Below the pieces are notes generated by a model. That model was given only the letters and a program-made list of their open reading frames with translations. It did not search any database and was not told the origin of the DNA. From NCBI GenBank assembly GCA_903843705.1, contig CAIMQW010000277.1:10091-74090 (forward strand): a stretch of 64,000 nt of DNA, in the 5' to 3' direction. This DNA is from an uncultured Holophagaceae bacterium (GTDB taxonomy: Bacteria > Acidobacteriota > Holophagae > Holophagales > Holophagaceae). This document shows, in pieces, positions 37,623-49,424 of the stretch. The first letter of the stretch is position 1. Each line of letters begins with the position of its first letter. Position numbers and translations under genes: made by a program.

Positions 37623-39299
37623 TTGCGGATCCTGGTCGCCGACGATGACGCCCTCTTCCACATCGTGGCGAATGCGGTCCTGGTGGGCGATGGCTACGAG
37701 GTCATCCACGCCCGGGACGGCCTGGAGGCCCTGAACCTCTACCAGGAGCACAAGCCGGACCTAGTCCTCACCGACTACCAGATGCCCGGGTTGAACGGCA
37801 TCGAGCTCTGCCGGAGTGTCAAGGCGTTGGACCCCCAGCGGTTCATCCCCATGGTGATGCTGACCGGGGAAGAGAAGTCCCAGGTCCTGAGGGAGAGCCT
37901 GGACGCGGGCTTCGTGGAGTTCCTGACCAAGCCCGTCACCCCGGACGAGTTGCGCCTTCGGGTGCGCTCGCTCTTCGAACTCATCTTGCTCCACAAGGAC
38001 CTGGCGCTCGCCAAGTCCGAAAGTGACGAGGAGATGCTCATCACGAAGCACATCCTGCACCGACTGGTGGAGCCCGGCCTGCGGACCCTGCCCTCCCACA
38101 TCCACATGGAGACCCTCCATACCCAGCGCATCAACGGGGACGCCTGCGCCTACCAGCAGGGACTCCCCGGCATCCACTTCGGCCTGCTCTGCGACGCCAC
38201 GGGCCACGGATTGGCCGCCGGGGTCTCCACCATTCCGGCCATCCAGGCCTTCCTGGGCATGGTCAGCCGAGACATCCCCCTGGAGATGATTTACCGCGAG
38301 ATCAACGTCAAGCTTCGGAAGATCCTCCCCTCCGGACGCTTCGTGTGCCTGATGCTCACGCGCCTGGATCTCCACCGCGGAACCCTGTCAGTGCTCAACG
38401 CGGGCCTGCCCGACGCCCTGTTCCTGACGCCCAAGGGGACCGCCCGGCGCTTCGCCTCCCGCAACCTGCCCGCGGGGGTTCTGGACCAAGTCGAGAAACC
38501 CGTGGTGGAAGAAGTCGCCCTCTCAGGCGGGGAGCGCCTCCTGGCCTTCACAGACGGCCTTCAGGATTTCCTCGGTGCTGAGGCTGCCTATCGGATCCTG
38601 GCAGAGGGCGTGGCTAAGGTGCCCTTCCGGGTCCATAAGTTCATCATTCAGGAGTGCCTCAACCTCGCCATCCACAACCACGAACAGCATGACGATGTCA
38701 GCTGGGCACTGTGGGAAGTGCCCCGTCCTGAATTCGTCAAGCTGCCCATTCAAAGCAATTTACACTGTTCATTACAGGCCCTCCAGTGTCCGTCCCCAAC
38801 CCTCCGGAGCACTCCCTTCGCCTTCGAACTCTGCTTCGACCCTCGGAGTCACCCGCTGCGACAGGTCCTGCCCGACTGCCTCCGCCTGCTCGGTAACCAC
38901 GGTGTGCCCAGCGCCGCCACTCAGACCCTGGCCATGGCGCTTACTGAAGCCACCACCAACGCCCTGGACCACGGCCTCCTGGGGATGGAGTCCACGCTCA
39001 AGCAGGAGGGTTTCGAGGTCTATGACACCGTGCGGAAGGAACGCTTGGCTGCCCACGAGGTTGGCACCCTGACCCTCCGCTTGCAGTTGCATCGGTGCTC
39101 AAGCGGGTCAATCTGCTCGCTCGGAGTGGAGGTCGAAGATACCGGCCCTGGCTTCGACTGGCGGGCCTGGGAGCAGCGCCAGGCAGCCGAAGACACCATG
39201 GTCAGCGGACGGGGCCTAGTCATCCTCCGGTCCATCGCCTCGGAAATGAGTTTCAACGAATCCGGCAACTGCCTGCGCTTCTCCTTACCCTGCGGATAG
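37623..39299 (+). CDS. REC + PP2C (SpoIIE) + anti-sigma kinase-like HATPase fusion (HsbR-like)
   Basis: REC DYQMP, NGD, DATGHG, NAGLP, FTDG, HDDVS, EATTNALDHG, DTGPGF, SGRGL. Confidence 0.88.
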   Translation: MRILVADDDALFHIVANAVLVGDGYEVIHARDGLEALNLYQEHKPDLVLTDYQMPGLNGIELCRSVKALDPQRFIPMVMLTGEEKSQVLRESLDAGFVEFLTKPVTPDELRLRVRSLFELILLHKDLALAKSESDEEMLITKHILHRLVEPGLRTLPSHIHMETLHTQRINGDACAYQQGLPGIHFGLLCDATGHGLAAGVSTIPAIQAFLGMVSRDIPLEMIYREINVKLRKILPSGRFVCLMLTRLDLHRGTLSVLNAGLPDALFLTPKGTARRFASRNLPAGVLDQVEKPVVEEVALSGGERLLAFTDGLQDFLGAEAAYRILAEGVAKVPFRVHKFIIQECLNLAIHNHEQHDDVSWALWEVPRPEFVKLPIQSNLHCSLQALQCPSPTLRSTPFAFELCFDPRSHPLRQVLPDCLRLLGNHGVPSAATQTLAMALTEATTNALDHGLLGMESTLKQEGFEVYDTVRKERLAAHEVGTLTLRLQLHRCSSGSICSLGVEVEDTGPGFDWRAWEQRQAAEDTMVSGRGLVILRSIASEMSFNESGNCLRFSLPCG

Positions 39300-39318
39300 A
39301 ATGAGGTCAGGAGTACCT

Positions 39319-39504
39319 ATGACCAAGCCACTCGTCCCCGCCGACCTCCTGAAGTCCCTGCAGGCCGTGGACAAGGCCGCTGCCAGCCCCGCGACTGCCA
39401 AGCCCAAGGCTGGACCCGGCCCGAAGCCCCTCCAGAAGGCCTCCACTAAGCCCCAGGGCAAGAGCGGCGTGACCCACACCCGCATGAGCAACCGCGGCAA
39501 GTAG
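39319..39504 (+). CDS. Small basic Lys/Pro-rich protein
   Basis: AGGAG RBS, host-like codons, 61 aa. Confidence 0.6.
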   Translation: MTKPLVPADLLKSLQAVDKAAASPATAKPKAGPGPKPLQKASTKPQGKSGVTHTRMSNRGK

Positions 39505-39509
39505 CTCGA

Positions 39510-39983
39510 CTAGTCCGCCAGGGACCAGACCTGCAGCTGGCTGGTCTGCTTGAGGACCTCCGCCACGAAGTCAGGGGCGGGTGTGCCAAAGATGCGGGCC
39601 CGGAAGGTGGCCCCGCCGGGCAGGTGCACAAGATGCACGGAGGCCCCCCCCGGAAAGTCCGGATGCTGGGCCAGGGGTCGGGCCAGGGCCTCGAGATCGA
39701 GGGCCTCCAGCCAGCCCTCGGGCAGCGCCTGGATGCGGGCGCCGGGCACCAGGGCCCCCACCTCCCGGGCCTGGAGCAGGGCCAGGTGCCAGTGGCCCTC
39801 CTGGACCCCCTGCCAGCAGAGAAAAGGCGGCAGAACCCCAAAACCGACCCCGCCCTTCCGGTGCTCCGGCCAGGCATGCAGCTCACTGATGCCCGCCGCA
39901 TCCGCGGCCTCCATGGCCAGGGTGGCCAGGTCCGGCCGGGTGGGAGGAATCCAGGGTTTGATGCTCCACATGCGGATGAGCAT
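39510..39983 (-). CDS. Hypothetical protein
   Basis: Fills the gap divergent from bshC with host-like codon use; start uncertain (39983 or 39971). Confidence 0.6.
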   Translation of the reverse strand: MLIRMWSIKPWIPPTRPDLATLAMEAADAAGISELHAWPEHRKGGVGFGVLPPFLCWQGVQEGHWHLALLQAREVGALVPGARIQALPEGWLEALDLEALARPLAQHPDFPGGASVHLVHLPGGATFRARIFGTPAPDFVAEVLKQTSQLQVWSLAD

Positions 39984-40007
39984 CGCATATCGGGTAGGCT
40001 GGGGCGC

Positions 40008-41195
40008 ATGGTTACAACGCAACCGGGCGGCCAGCCCGTCATCGCCACGGGGCAGCAGATCGGCGCGGGCTGGAGCCCGGCCCTCTCCGTGGCAAAGGCC
40101 CTGGCGGCACTGGCTGAGGCCCGCCGCACCGGGGCCCAGGCGGTGTACTGGCTGGCGGATGAAGACCATGACCGGGCCGAGGTTGCCTCTGTGGTGGGCT
40201 GGCGGCAGGACCGCCTGCTTCGGCACCGGTTCCGCTTCGACAGCCGACCCGGCACCGCCACGGGCTGGCTGCCCTGGACCTCGACCCACCAGGCCGAAGC
40301 GGCGGACCTCTGGGGGGCCCTGGCCGAACCGAAAGAGCCCACCCTACGAGGCCACACCCTGGCCCTCGGCCAGCCCCTCTGGGCCCTGGGGCTGCGGCCC
40401 TTCTCCCCGACGGATCCTGCGATTCGCGAGCCCATCCAGGCCGATCTGGAGCGCTGGCGGAGCCTGGGCCTGGAGGCCCTCCTGGCGCGCCAGGCCGAGC
40501 GCCTGCAGGCCGAAGGCGCCGCCCTGCCCCTGGATCCGCGGGTGCAGGCCGCCTGGTTCTCCCTGGACCCCCACAGCGGACGTCGCCAGCGGCTCGAGGC
40601 GGGCGAACCCCTGCCCGGGGGCCACTGGCTGAGCCCCGGCGCCGCCCTCCGGCCCCTGATGCAGTCGCTGCTGCTGCCGGTCACCGGGGTGGTCCTCGGT
40701 CCTTCGGAGCGGGCCTACTGGCGCCTCTGCGAACCGCTCTGGGAGCAGGTCGGCCTCCCCGTCCCCCGGATCCTCCCACGCCCCAGCGTCTATGTGGTGC
40801 CGCCAGGCTTCCGCGTGGCCCCCAGCCAGCTCGACGCCCTGCGCCTGGGCGCCTGGGACCGCCTGGGTGCCTGGCCCGGCGCCCTGCCCACGACCACCTT
40901 CCCCACCGCCGATCCTGACCCAGCCTGGCCCGAGGCCGCGCGCAGGCGCTTCCGGAGTGAGCTGGCCCGGAGCCGCGACCGGCTCGCCAAGCTGGACCGC
41001 AGGCTCCATCGCGAAGCTGCCGCCGAGGCCCTGGGGGGCGATCCCGAGCGGCTGCGCCAGGCCCTGTTTCCCTTCGGCCGCCCCCAGGAGCGGGTCCTGC
41101 CGGGCCTGCCTTGGCTGCGCGACGAGGCCCTCCTGGCTGCCATCCTGGAACGCATGGACGGCACCGCGCCGGTGATCCTGGTGGAGCAAGCATGA
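40008..41195 (+). CDS. bshC: Bacillithiol biosynthesis cysteine-adding enzyme (compact form)
   Basis: ATGQQ.G, YWLADEDHD, SP.A.LRPLMQ..LLP, GPSE.AYW, PQER. Confidence 0.8.
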   Translation: MVTTQPGGQPVIATGQQIGAGWSPALSVAKALAALAEARRTGAQAVYWLADEDHDRAEVASVVGWRQDRLLRHRFRFDSRPGTATGWLPWTSTHQAEAADLWGALAEPKEPTLRGHTLALGQPLWALGLRPFSPTDPAIREPIQADLERWRSLGLEALLARQAERLQAEGAALPLDPRVQAAWFSLDPHSGRRQRLEAGEPLPGGHWLSPGAALRPLMQSLLLPVTGVVLGPSERAYWRLCEPLWEQVGLPVPRILPRPSVYVVPPGFRVAPSQLDALRLGAWDRLGAWPGALPTTTFPTADPDPAWPEAARRRFRSELARSRDRLAKLDRRLHREAAAEALGGDPERLRQALFPFGRPQERVLPGLPWLRDEALLAAILERMDGTAPVILVEQA

Positions 41196-41938
41196 GCCCT
41201 GCACCCAACGCAGCCCCCCTCGAGATCCTGGCCCTGGGCGCCCATCCCGATGATGTGGAAGTCCACGTGGGCGGCCTGCTCGCACTGGCGGCAGACCGGG
41301 GCCTGCGGGGGGCCATCCTGGACCTGACGGCGGGCGACCTGGGCACCCGGGGCAATGCCGAGACCCGCCGGGCCGAAGCTCAGGCTGCGGCCCGCATCCT
41401 CGGGGTGGAGCGCGTCATCCTGGACTTCCCTGACGGCCGCTTCACCGAGGACGAACATTACCTCCAGCGCCTCATGGCTGAGCTCCGCCGCCTGCGGCCC
41501 CGGGTGCTGATCCTGCCCGCGCCTGACGACCGACACCCGGATCACCGCCGGGCCTTCCGCCTGGGCCGGGAGGCCGCCTACTACGCGGGCCTCAAGAACC
41601 ATCCCTGCCCCGGCACGCCCTGGCGCCCCGAGGCCATTGCATGGGTCGGCGGCGAGAACCCTGGCCAGCCCGACCTGCTGGTGGACGTGAGCGCCGTGTG
41701 GGACCGCCGCATGGCCGCCTTCGACACCTTCGGCAGCCAGTTCGCGCAGGACGCATCCCAGCCCGCCACCCGCATCGCCCACCCCGCCTTCCGCCGCGGC
41801 GTCCTGGGCCGCGCCATGCACTGGGGCTCCCTCCGCATGTGCGACTGGGCCGAGGCCCTCTGGTGCGAAAAGCCCGTGCCGAAGGCGTTGATAGAGCTGA
41901 TGGCTCGGCTGGAGTCGAGCCCGAGCCCCCAGCCCTGA
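41192..41938 (+). CDS. bshB1: Bacillithiol biosynthesis deacetylase (PIG-L family)
   Basis: GAHPDDVE, DLTAGDLGTRG, DRHPDH; ATGA-coupled to bshC. Confidence 0.88.
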   Translation: MSPAPNAAPLEILALGAHPDDVEVHVGGLLALAADRGLRGAILDLTAGDLGTRGNAETRRAEAQAAARILGVERVILDFPDGRFTEDEHYLQRLMAELRRLRPRVLILPAPDDRHPDHRRAFRLGREAAYYAGLKNHPCPGTPWRPEAIAWVGGENPGQPDLLVDVSAVWDRRMAAFDTFGSQFAQDASQPATRIAHPAFRRGVLGRAMHWGSLRMCDWAEALWCEKPVPKALIELMARLESSPSPQP

Positions 41939-41945
41939 GCCTAAA

Positions 41946-44201
41946 TCAGGGCTTCTTCGCCGGTGCGGATGACCGAGCCTGGCGCCAGCGCCGCTCCGCC
42001 TCTGCAGCTTCGGCAGTCTGCTTTAGAGCCTTCAGCGCCTCCAGGTAGCTCTCGTGGATCGCCGTCTCCTCCTCGGTGGCGGCAGGCAGCTCCGCGGGCT
42101 TTTCCTCGGGTGGCGCGACGAGCTCCCGCCAGGGCTCCCGGAACCAGTCCGTCATCGGTTCGAAGCGACGGGTCTTAAGGAACTCGGCGGCAATTGCCCT
42201 GTGCGCCGCGGCTGGCAGCATGACCTTCCAGCTGGACCGGGAGCCGAAGACAGGCAGCCCCTCAGCGAAGGCCACCACGGAAGGCGGCCCTGGTAAAAAG
42301 GCCGACCAAGCGAGCCAGGCCTGCCAGAGGCTCCGGTTCGCGGGCCAACGCTGGAGCGCCGCAGCCAGCTCCGGCACCACCCTGCGGGCCTGGAAGCGCC
42401 AGCTCTCGGGCGTCGAGAGCCACGGTGCCTCGGGGCCGAAATCCACGGGAATCGTGGCGGCCACGGCGTCTTCGAGTAGCCGTCCCTCCAGGGCCGGCAG
42501 CGGCATGCGCGCCCTGGTCAGGTTGTAGCGGTCCCTCCGGGCATCCAGCTGGTCAGGGTGCTTGCCCAGAAAGGCATCCAACACCTGCATCCGGGCCGGA
42601 GCCACGGTGCGCAGTTGCAGAGCCAGGCGGGCCGGGTTGGGCGCATCCAGGCCCGTGGCCACGATGTCGGTCTCGCCCTGGAAGACGGCCCACCCCTCGC
42701 GCGGGAGCTGGACCTGCTGGAGCCGCCCAGAATCGGCCTCCGTGGGGGCCTCAAGCCGCAGCTCCTCGGGTGCCCAGGGGGCGAGCTCGGGCGCGTTCCG
42801 GAGGGCAGCCCAGCCCTCGGCCCAGGCGGGTTTGCCCCAGACCAGGAACCGCAGGGGCTTTGGCGCCGGGGGCAGCGCCGGCGGCTCCAGGGGCGGCAGC
42901 TCCAGCAGCTCCAGGAACTCGGCAGGGGCCGGTGGCGGCTTTGGTGGCAAGAGCTTCCCTTCCTGGGCAGAGGGCTCCACCGGGCCGTAGATGGATTTCA
43001 GGGAAGCCGCCCATTCCCGCCAGGCGGCCCCGCCCAGCCGCCGAGTTTCCTGCAGCCCCGCCAGGGCCTCGGGCCACCGGTTCAGCTCTGCCAGGGTGAC
43101 CATGCGCCAGAAGGCCACAGCGGACCGGAGGGCCAGCCAGTCAGCCCAGGCGCCTACCGGTGGAGGCTGTTCCGGCAGGTGGTCCAGAAACCCCAGCAGC
43201 TCCCGGGCCTGCTGCCTCTCCATGGCGTTGGCGGAGATGTCCCGGAGCAGGCCGGAAGACAACCAGAGGCGACCGGGGGAAGGCTGCATCTGGGCCAGTG
43301 CTTCCAGATCCAGGGAGGCCGGGCTGCCTGACTGGCAGGCCAGCCACATCCGGGAGACTCCTTCCACGCCGGAGCTGCGCTCCTCTGGGATCACGGTGCC
43401 TCCCGTGTGGGGGTGGGCCTGCCAGACCCGCAGCACCGTCTCCCGCAGCAGGGTGACTTCAGGCTGGAGCGCGGGAGCATCGAGCGTCCCCATCATGGTC
43501 AGCCAGAACGTGAGCATGTCCCGATCCGTCCGCCAGCCATCGGGCAGCTGATTTAGACGGTGGAGGGTCTCCACCACTTCCCGCGAGATACCTGCAGCAG
43601 CTTCGGGCTTCGTCACGTTGGCGGTTCGGAAGGCTGGCCAGCGGTTGCCTGTGGCCCCGGTAAAGCCCTCGCCCTGACCTTGGCTCCGGAGCAGCCGGAA
43701 GCGGGCCACGGACATGCGGAAGGCAATCATCAAACGCTTCTCCAGTGCAAAGCCACTATCCGGATGAAGCACCAGGAACTGATTCAGGGCCTCCCAGGTG
43801 GGCTGCAGGCCCAGGGAGAGTAGGTGATCCCGAAGCGTCGCGCCCGTGGGCAGCGCCACGCCCTCCGCCAGGGGCCGGCCCTCCCGGTCCAGCAGCACCC
43901 AGCGCGGGCCTTCGGGCCAGCCACGGGCCTGGCGGAGCCGGGCGAACTCCGGCGGCGGAAGCGACGCCACCGAGACATCCCAGGCCCTGGTCAGCTGCAG
44001 GAACTGCTCATCAGCGGCCTGATGGGGAGCCGTGGGCATAGAGGCAGGAACGAGGAGGGTGAGCGGGGTATGGGACGCCTGGCGCCAGGAGTCCGCATAG
44101 GACTGCCAGGCCTCGGTCTGCGCGGACAAGTTACTCCCCAGGACCAATGCAGCAAGGCCCACAAGTTTCTTCAGGACACGCTTGCGATCCGGCACACCCA
44201 C
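41946..44201 (-). CDS. Large exported hypothetical protein with internal duplication
   Basis: 751 aa, signal peptide-like N-terminus, two copies of W.hh...G..hA.G...P....L...L......L..FL..HPD. Confidence 0.75.
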   Translation of the reverse strand: MGVPDRKRVLKKLVGLAALVLGSNLSAQTEAWQSYADSWRQASHTPLTLLVPASMPTAPHQAADEQFLQLTRAWDVSVASLPPPEFARLRQARGWPEGPRWVLLDREGRPLAEGVALPTGATLRDHLLSLGLQPTWEALNQFLVLHPDSGFALEKRLMIAFRMSVARFRLLRSQGQGEGFTGATGNRWPAFRTANVTKPEAAAGISREVVETLHRLNQLPDGWRTDRDMLTFWLTMMGTLDAPALQPEVTLLRETVLRVWQAHPHTGGTVIPEERSSGVEGVSRMWLACQSGSPASLDLEALAQMQPSPGRLWLSSGLLRDISANAMERQQARELLGFLDHLPEQPPPVGAWADWLALRSAVAFWRMVTLAELNRWPEALAGLQETRRLGGAAWREWAASLKSIYGPVEPSAQEGKLLPPKPPPAPAEFLELLELPPLEPPALPPAPKPLRFLVWGKPAWAEGWAALRNAPELAPWAPEELRLEAPTEADSGRLQQVQLPREGWAVFQGETDIVATGLDAPNPARLALQLRTVAPARMQVLDAFLGKHPDQLDARRDRYNLTRARMPLPALEGRLLEDAVAATIPVDFGPEAPWLSTPESWRFQARRVVPELAAALQRWPANRSLWQAWLAWSAFLPGPPSVVAFAEGLPVFGSRSSWKVMLPAAAHRAIAAEFLKTRRFEPMTDWFREPWRELVAPPEEKPAELPAATEEETAIHESYLEALKALKQTAEAAEAERRWRQARSSAPAKKP

Positions 44202-44303
44202 CCTCGATTCCCACAGCCTGAATGGGCAAGACTGGGAACGTCAAGCCCAGGCACTGAGCTTCTAGGCGTATTCAGCTCCTGGACTCTGCATTAGCCTGAG
44301 GAG

Positions 44304-45287
44304 ATGAACCGGTTTGAAACAGAGGTGCTGGCCCAGATCCAGGCGCGAGGTGACGCGGTCAGCGGCCGCGTGATGGTGGCCTGCTCCGGGGGCGGGGACT
44401 CGGTAGCGCTGCTGGTGCTGCTCTGGACGCTGCGGAAGAGCTTGGACCTGGAGCTGGAAGTGCTCCACGCGGACCACGGCCTGCGCGCCGAGTCGGCGGA
44501 CGATGCGGAGTTCGTCCGCACGCTCTGCCGGAACCTGGACCTGGATCTGGCCGAGGCATCCCTCGGCGTGCGGGCCCACCAGGAGGCGCAGAAGGTCGGC
44601 CTGGAGATGGCCGCCCGGGCGCTGCGCTGGGACTGGTTCCTTCAGGAGGCCGAGCAGGCCGGGGCCACGGCCGTCGCCACGGGCCACACGCTCGACGACC
44701 ACACCGAGACGGTCTTCCTGCGGCTGGCCCGCGGCGGCGGGCTGGGCAGCCTCAGGCCCCTGGCGCCCCGCCAGGGGCTGCGCTGGTCGCCGCTGGCGGA
44801 AGTTCGCCGCGCGGAGCTGCGCGCCTATCTGAGCGCCAAGGGGATTCCGTGGCGGGAGGATGCCAGCAACCTGGAGCCCTTCACCGCCCGGAACCGCTGG
44901 CGCCCCCTCCTGGAGGCCCTCCGTCAGGAAGCCCCGGAGCTGGACCGCCACCTCTTCGAGACACACCTCCAGGCCGAGGAGGCCCACCGGCTGGCCCGGG
45001 CCCTGGTCGCCTCTTGGGAAGGCACCCGCTGGTCCCTCCACGAAGGGGCGCTCTGCCTCCATCGGGAGACTTGGGCCGAGCCGGAACTGCGCTGGACGCT
45101 CGAGTTCGCCTTCTCCCACCTGGGCTGGCCCCGGGAGGCGGCGCTCCTGCGGGGGCTGACACCCTGGGTGCTGGAACGCCTCGCCCGCGGCCGCAAACCA
45201 GCCTCCTGGGGGAATTTCTGTCTAAACCTCGAACCTGGGGAAGGGTATCTGCATCTAACTACAGTGCCGCCGCCTTCCCGGGCCTAG
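44304..45287 (+). CDS. tilS: tRNA(Ile)-lysidine synthase
   Basis: ACSGGGDS, DHGLR, ATGHTLDDHTET, EDASN, RNR. Confidence 0.93.
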   Translation: MNRFETEVLAQIQARGDAVSGRVMVACSGGGDSVALLVLLWTLRKSLDLELEVLHADHGLRAESADDAEFVRTLCRNLDLDLAEASLGVRAHQEAQKVGLEMAARALRWDWFLQEAEQAGATAVATGHTLDDHTETVFLRLARGGGLGSLRPLAPRQGLRWSPLAEVRRAELRAYLSAKGIPWREDASNLEPFTARNRWRPLLEALRQEAPELDRHLFETHLQAEEAHRLARALVASWEGTRWSLHEGALCLHRETWAEPELRWTLEFAFSHLGWPREAALLRGLTPWVLERLARGRKPASWGNFCLNLEPGEGYLHLTTVPPPSRA

Positions 45288-45332
45288 TAGACTGGAAGGC
45301 CACCCGGGCCAAAGGCCCCAAGGAGTCACCCT

Positions 45333-47257
<1,925 letters not shown>

Positions 47258-47261
<4 letters not shown>

Positions 47262-48094
47262 GCTCAGCACCGTTCGACTGGGGACCACTCCTCAGGGGTG
47301 GTCCCCTTTTCATCGGCATCCTGAACCTCACGCCAGACTCCTTCAGTGATGGCGGCCGCTACCTGGATCCGGAAGCCGCCCTGGCCCAGGCCCAGCGGCT
47401 GGTGGCCGCCGGTGCGGGGATGCTGGATCTGGGTGCGGAGAGCACCCGGCCCGGCTCCGTCCCCGTCAGCAAGGACACCGAGTGGGAGCGGCTGGCCCCG
47501 GTGCTGGCGCGACTGCGGACGGAGCTGCCGGACGTACCGCTCAGTCTGGACACCCGCCACGCAGTGGTGGCTGCCCGCGGCCTGGAGGCGGGTGTCGCCG
47601 TGCTCAACGACGTCACCGGTTTCTCGGCTCCCGCAATGCTGGACCTCGCCCGCAGCACCTTCTGCGGGTGCATCGCCATGCGCAGCCGGTTGACCGACGA
47701 GCACCTGCTGATGCCTCCCTACGACGATCCCACACCCGGTCGGGCTGATGCAGCCATCGCCGAGCTGCGGGTGGTCCGGGACCGCCTCTGTCTGGCCGGC
47801 GTCCCCGATGCCCGCATCCTGCTCGACCCCGGCTTTGGTTTCGGTACCACCTTCCAGGAGGATCTGGCCCTCTGGCAGGCCCTCCCGGAGCTCCCAGGGG
47901 ACCTGGGCTGGCCCGGGGACCACTTCTGCATCGGCATCTCCCGCAAGCGGTTCCTCGCCGCCCGGGCAGGGACCCCGGGCCTGGCACCGGCCCTGCGCGA
48001 CCCCCTGACGGCAGCCGCCCATGCCGAGGCCCTGGGATGGGGCTTCCGCGTGTTCCGGACCCATGCCATTGTCGCCCCCGGGCAGCCACTCTAA
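47258..48094 (+). CDS. folP: Dihydropteroate synthase
   Basis: [36 protein letters not shown]. Confidence 0.95.
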
Positions 48095-48103
48095 GCTGAC
48101 AGG

Positions 48104-49423
48104 ATGAGTCTTCGCTACTTTGGCACCGATGGCATCCGCGGAGTTGCCCTGCAGCCCCCCTTGACCCTGGGGGAAGTCACCCGCTGGGGCGCCGCCTGGG
48201 CCCAGGTGGCGCGTGAGGCCGGCGTGCGGCGACTAGTGGTGGGCTGGGATCCCCGATCCAGCTCCGAGGCGCTGGCCGAGGCCTTCGCCCTCGGCGTCGG
48301 CGCCGCCCTGGACGTGCTCGTGCTCGGCATGGCCCCCACTCCAGCCGTCGCCTGGAATGTCGCGCAGCTGAGCGCGGAGGGCGCCAAGACCTGGGGCCTC
48401 ATGATCTCGGCCAGCCACAACCCTCCGAAGGACAACGGCCTGAAGGGCTTCAACGAAGTCGGGGAGAAGCTGGAAGAAGACCAGGAGCTGGCCATCGAGG
48501 CGGCCTTCGAGGCGCATCCCGAGCCCCTCACCCTGGCGGCGCCCACGGCCCCCCTGGAGCTGGGGCCCTACGTCGCACACCTGGGTGGCCTGAACCTGCC
48601 CGAGGACTTCCACATCGTGATCGACTGCGCCCATGGGGCCACGGCGGAAGTAGCCCCGCAGCTCTACCGCGGTGGCGACATCCACTGGATCGGTGTGCCC
48701 GCGAACGGCCCCTCCATCAACGTGGGGGTTGGCTCCACCCACCTGGATGCGCTGGCCGCCACAGTCCTGGCCCGGGGCGCCCAGCTGGGCATTGCTTTCG
48801 ACGGGGACGGCGACCGCTGCCTGCTGGTGGATGGCGAGGGCCGGGCTGTGGACGGCGACCAGATGGTCTGGCTCCTGGCCCAGGACCGCGTGGCTTGCGG
48901 GGACATCCCGCCGGGGGTGGTGGGTACCCTGATGACCAATGGAGGCCTGCCCCAGGCCCTGGCTGGGCTGGGCGTCCCCTTTGTGCGTACAGCCGTGGGG
49001 GACAAGTTCCTGCTGCGCGAGATGGCCAAGCTGGGCTGGGATCTGGCCGCGGAGGCCTCGGGCCACCTCATCCAGAAGCGGGTGGGACCCAGTGGCGACG
49101 GCTTGGCCGCCGCGCTAGCCGTGCTGCGGGCCCTGCTCCACCGGCCTGTGGAACATCGCTGGGCCTGGACCTTTCCCTCCTGGCCCCAGCGCCTTGTGAA
49201 CCTCAAAGCCCGCGAGCGCAAGGTCGTGGAAGACTGCGGCAGCCTCGTCGCTGCCATGGCCGCCATCGACCAGCGCTGGGGCGAGGGCGTACGGCAGGTG
49301 GTGCGCTGGTCCGGCACCGAGTCCAAGCTGCGGCTCATGGTGGAGGCCCAGGAAGTCGCCTGGGTGGATCAGGCACTTGATGAGCTTGAAGTCGCGGCCC
49401 GAATCGATCTGGTACTGAGCTGA
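48104..49423 (+). CDS. glmM: Phosphoglucosamine mutase
   Basis: YFGTDGIRG, SASHNP, FDGDGDR, VGDK, VRWSGTE. Confidence 0.92.
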   Translation: MSLRYFGTDGIRGVALQPPLTLGEVTRWGAAWAQVAREAGVRRLVVGWDPRSSSEALAEAFALGVGAALDVLVLGMAPTPAVAWNVAQLSAEGAKTWGLMISASHNPPKDNGLKGFNEVGEKLEEDQELAIEAAFEAHPEPLTLAAPTAPLELGPYVAHLGGLNLPEDFHIVIDCAHGATAEVAPQLYRGGDIHWIGVPANGPSINVGVGSTHLDALAATVLARGAQLGIAFDGDGDRCLLVDGEGRAVDGDQMVWLLAQDRVACGDIPPGVVGTLMTNGGLPQALAGLGVPFVRTAVGDKFLLREMAKLGWDLAAEASGHLIQKRVGPSGDGLAAALAVLRALLHRPVEHRWAWTFPSWPQRLVNLKARERKVVEDCGSLVAAMAAIDQRWGEGVRQVVRWSGTESKLRLMVEAQEVAWVDQALDELEVAARIDLVLS

Positions 49424-49424
49424 C

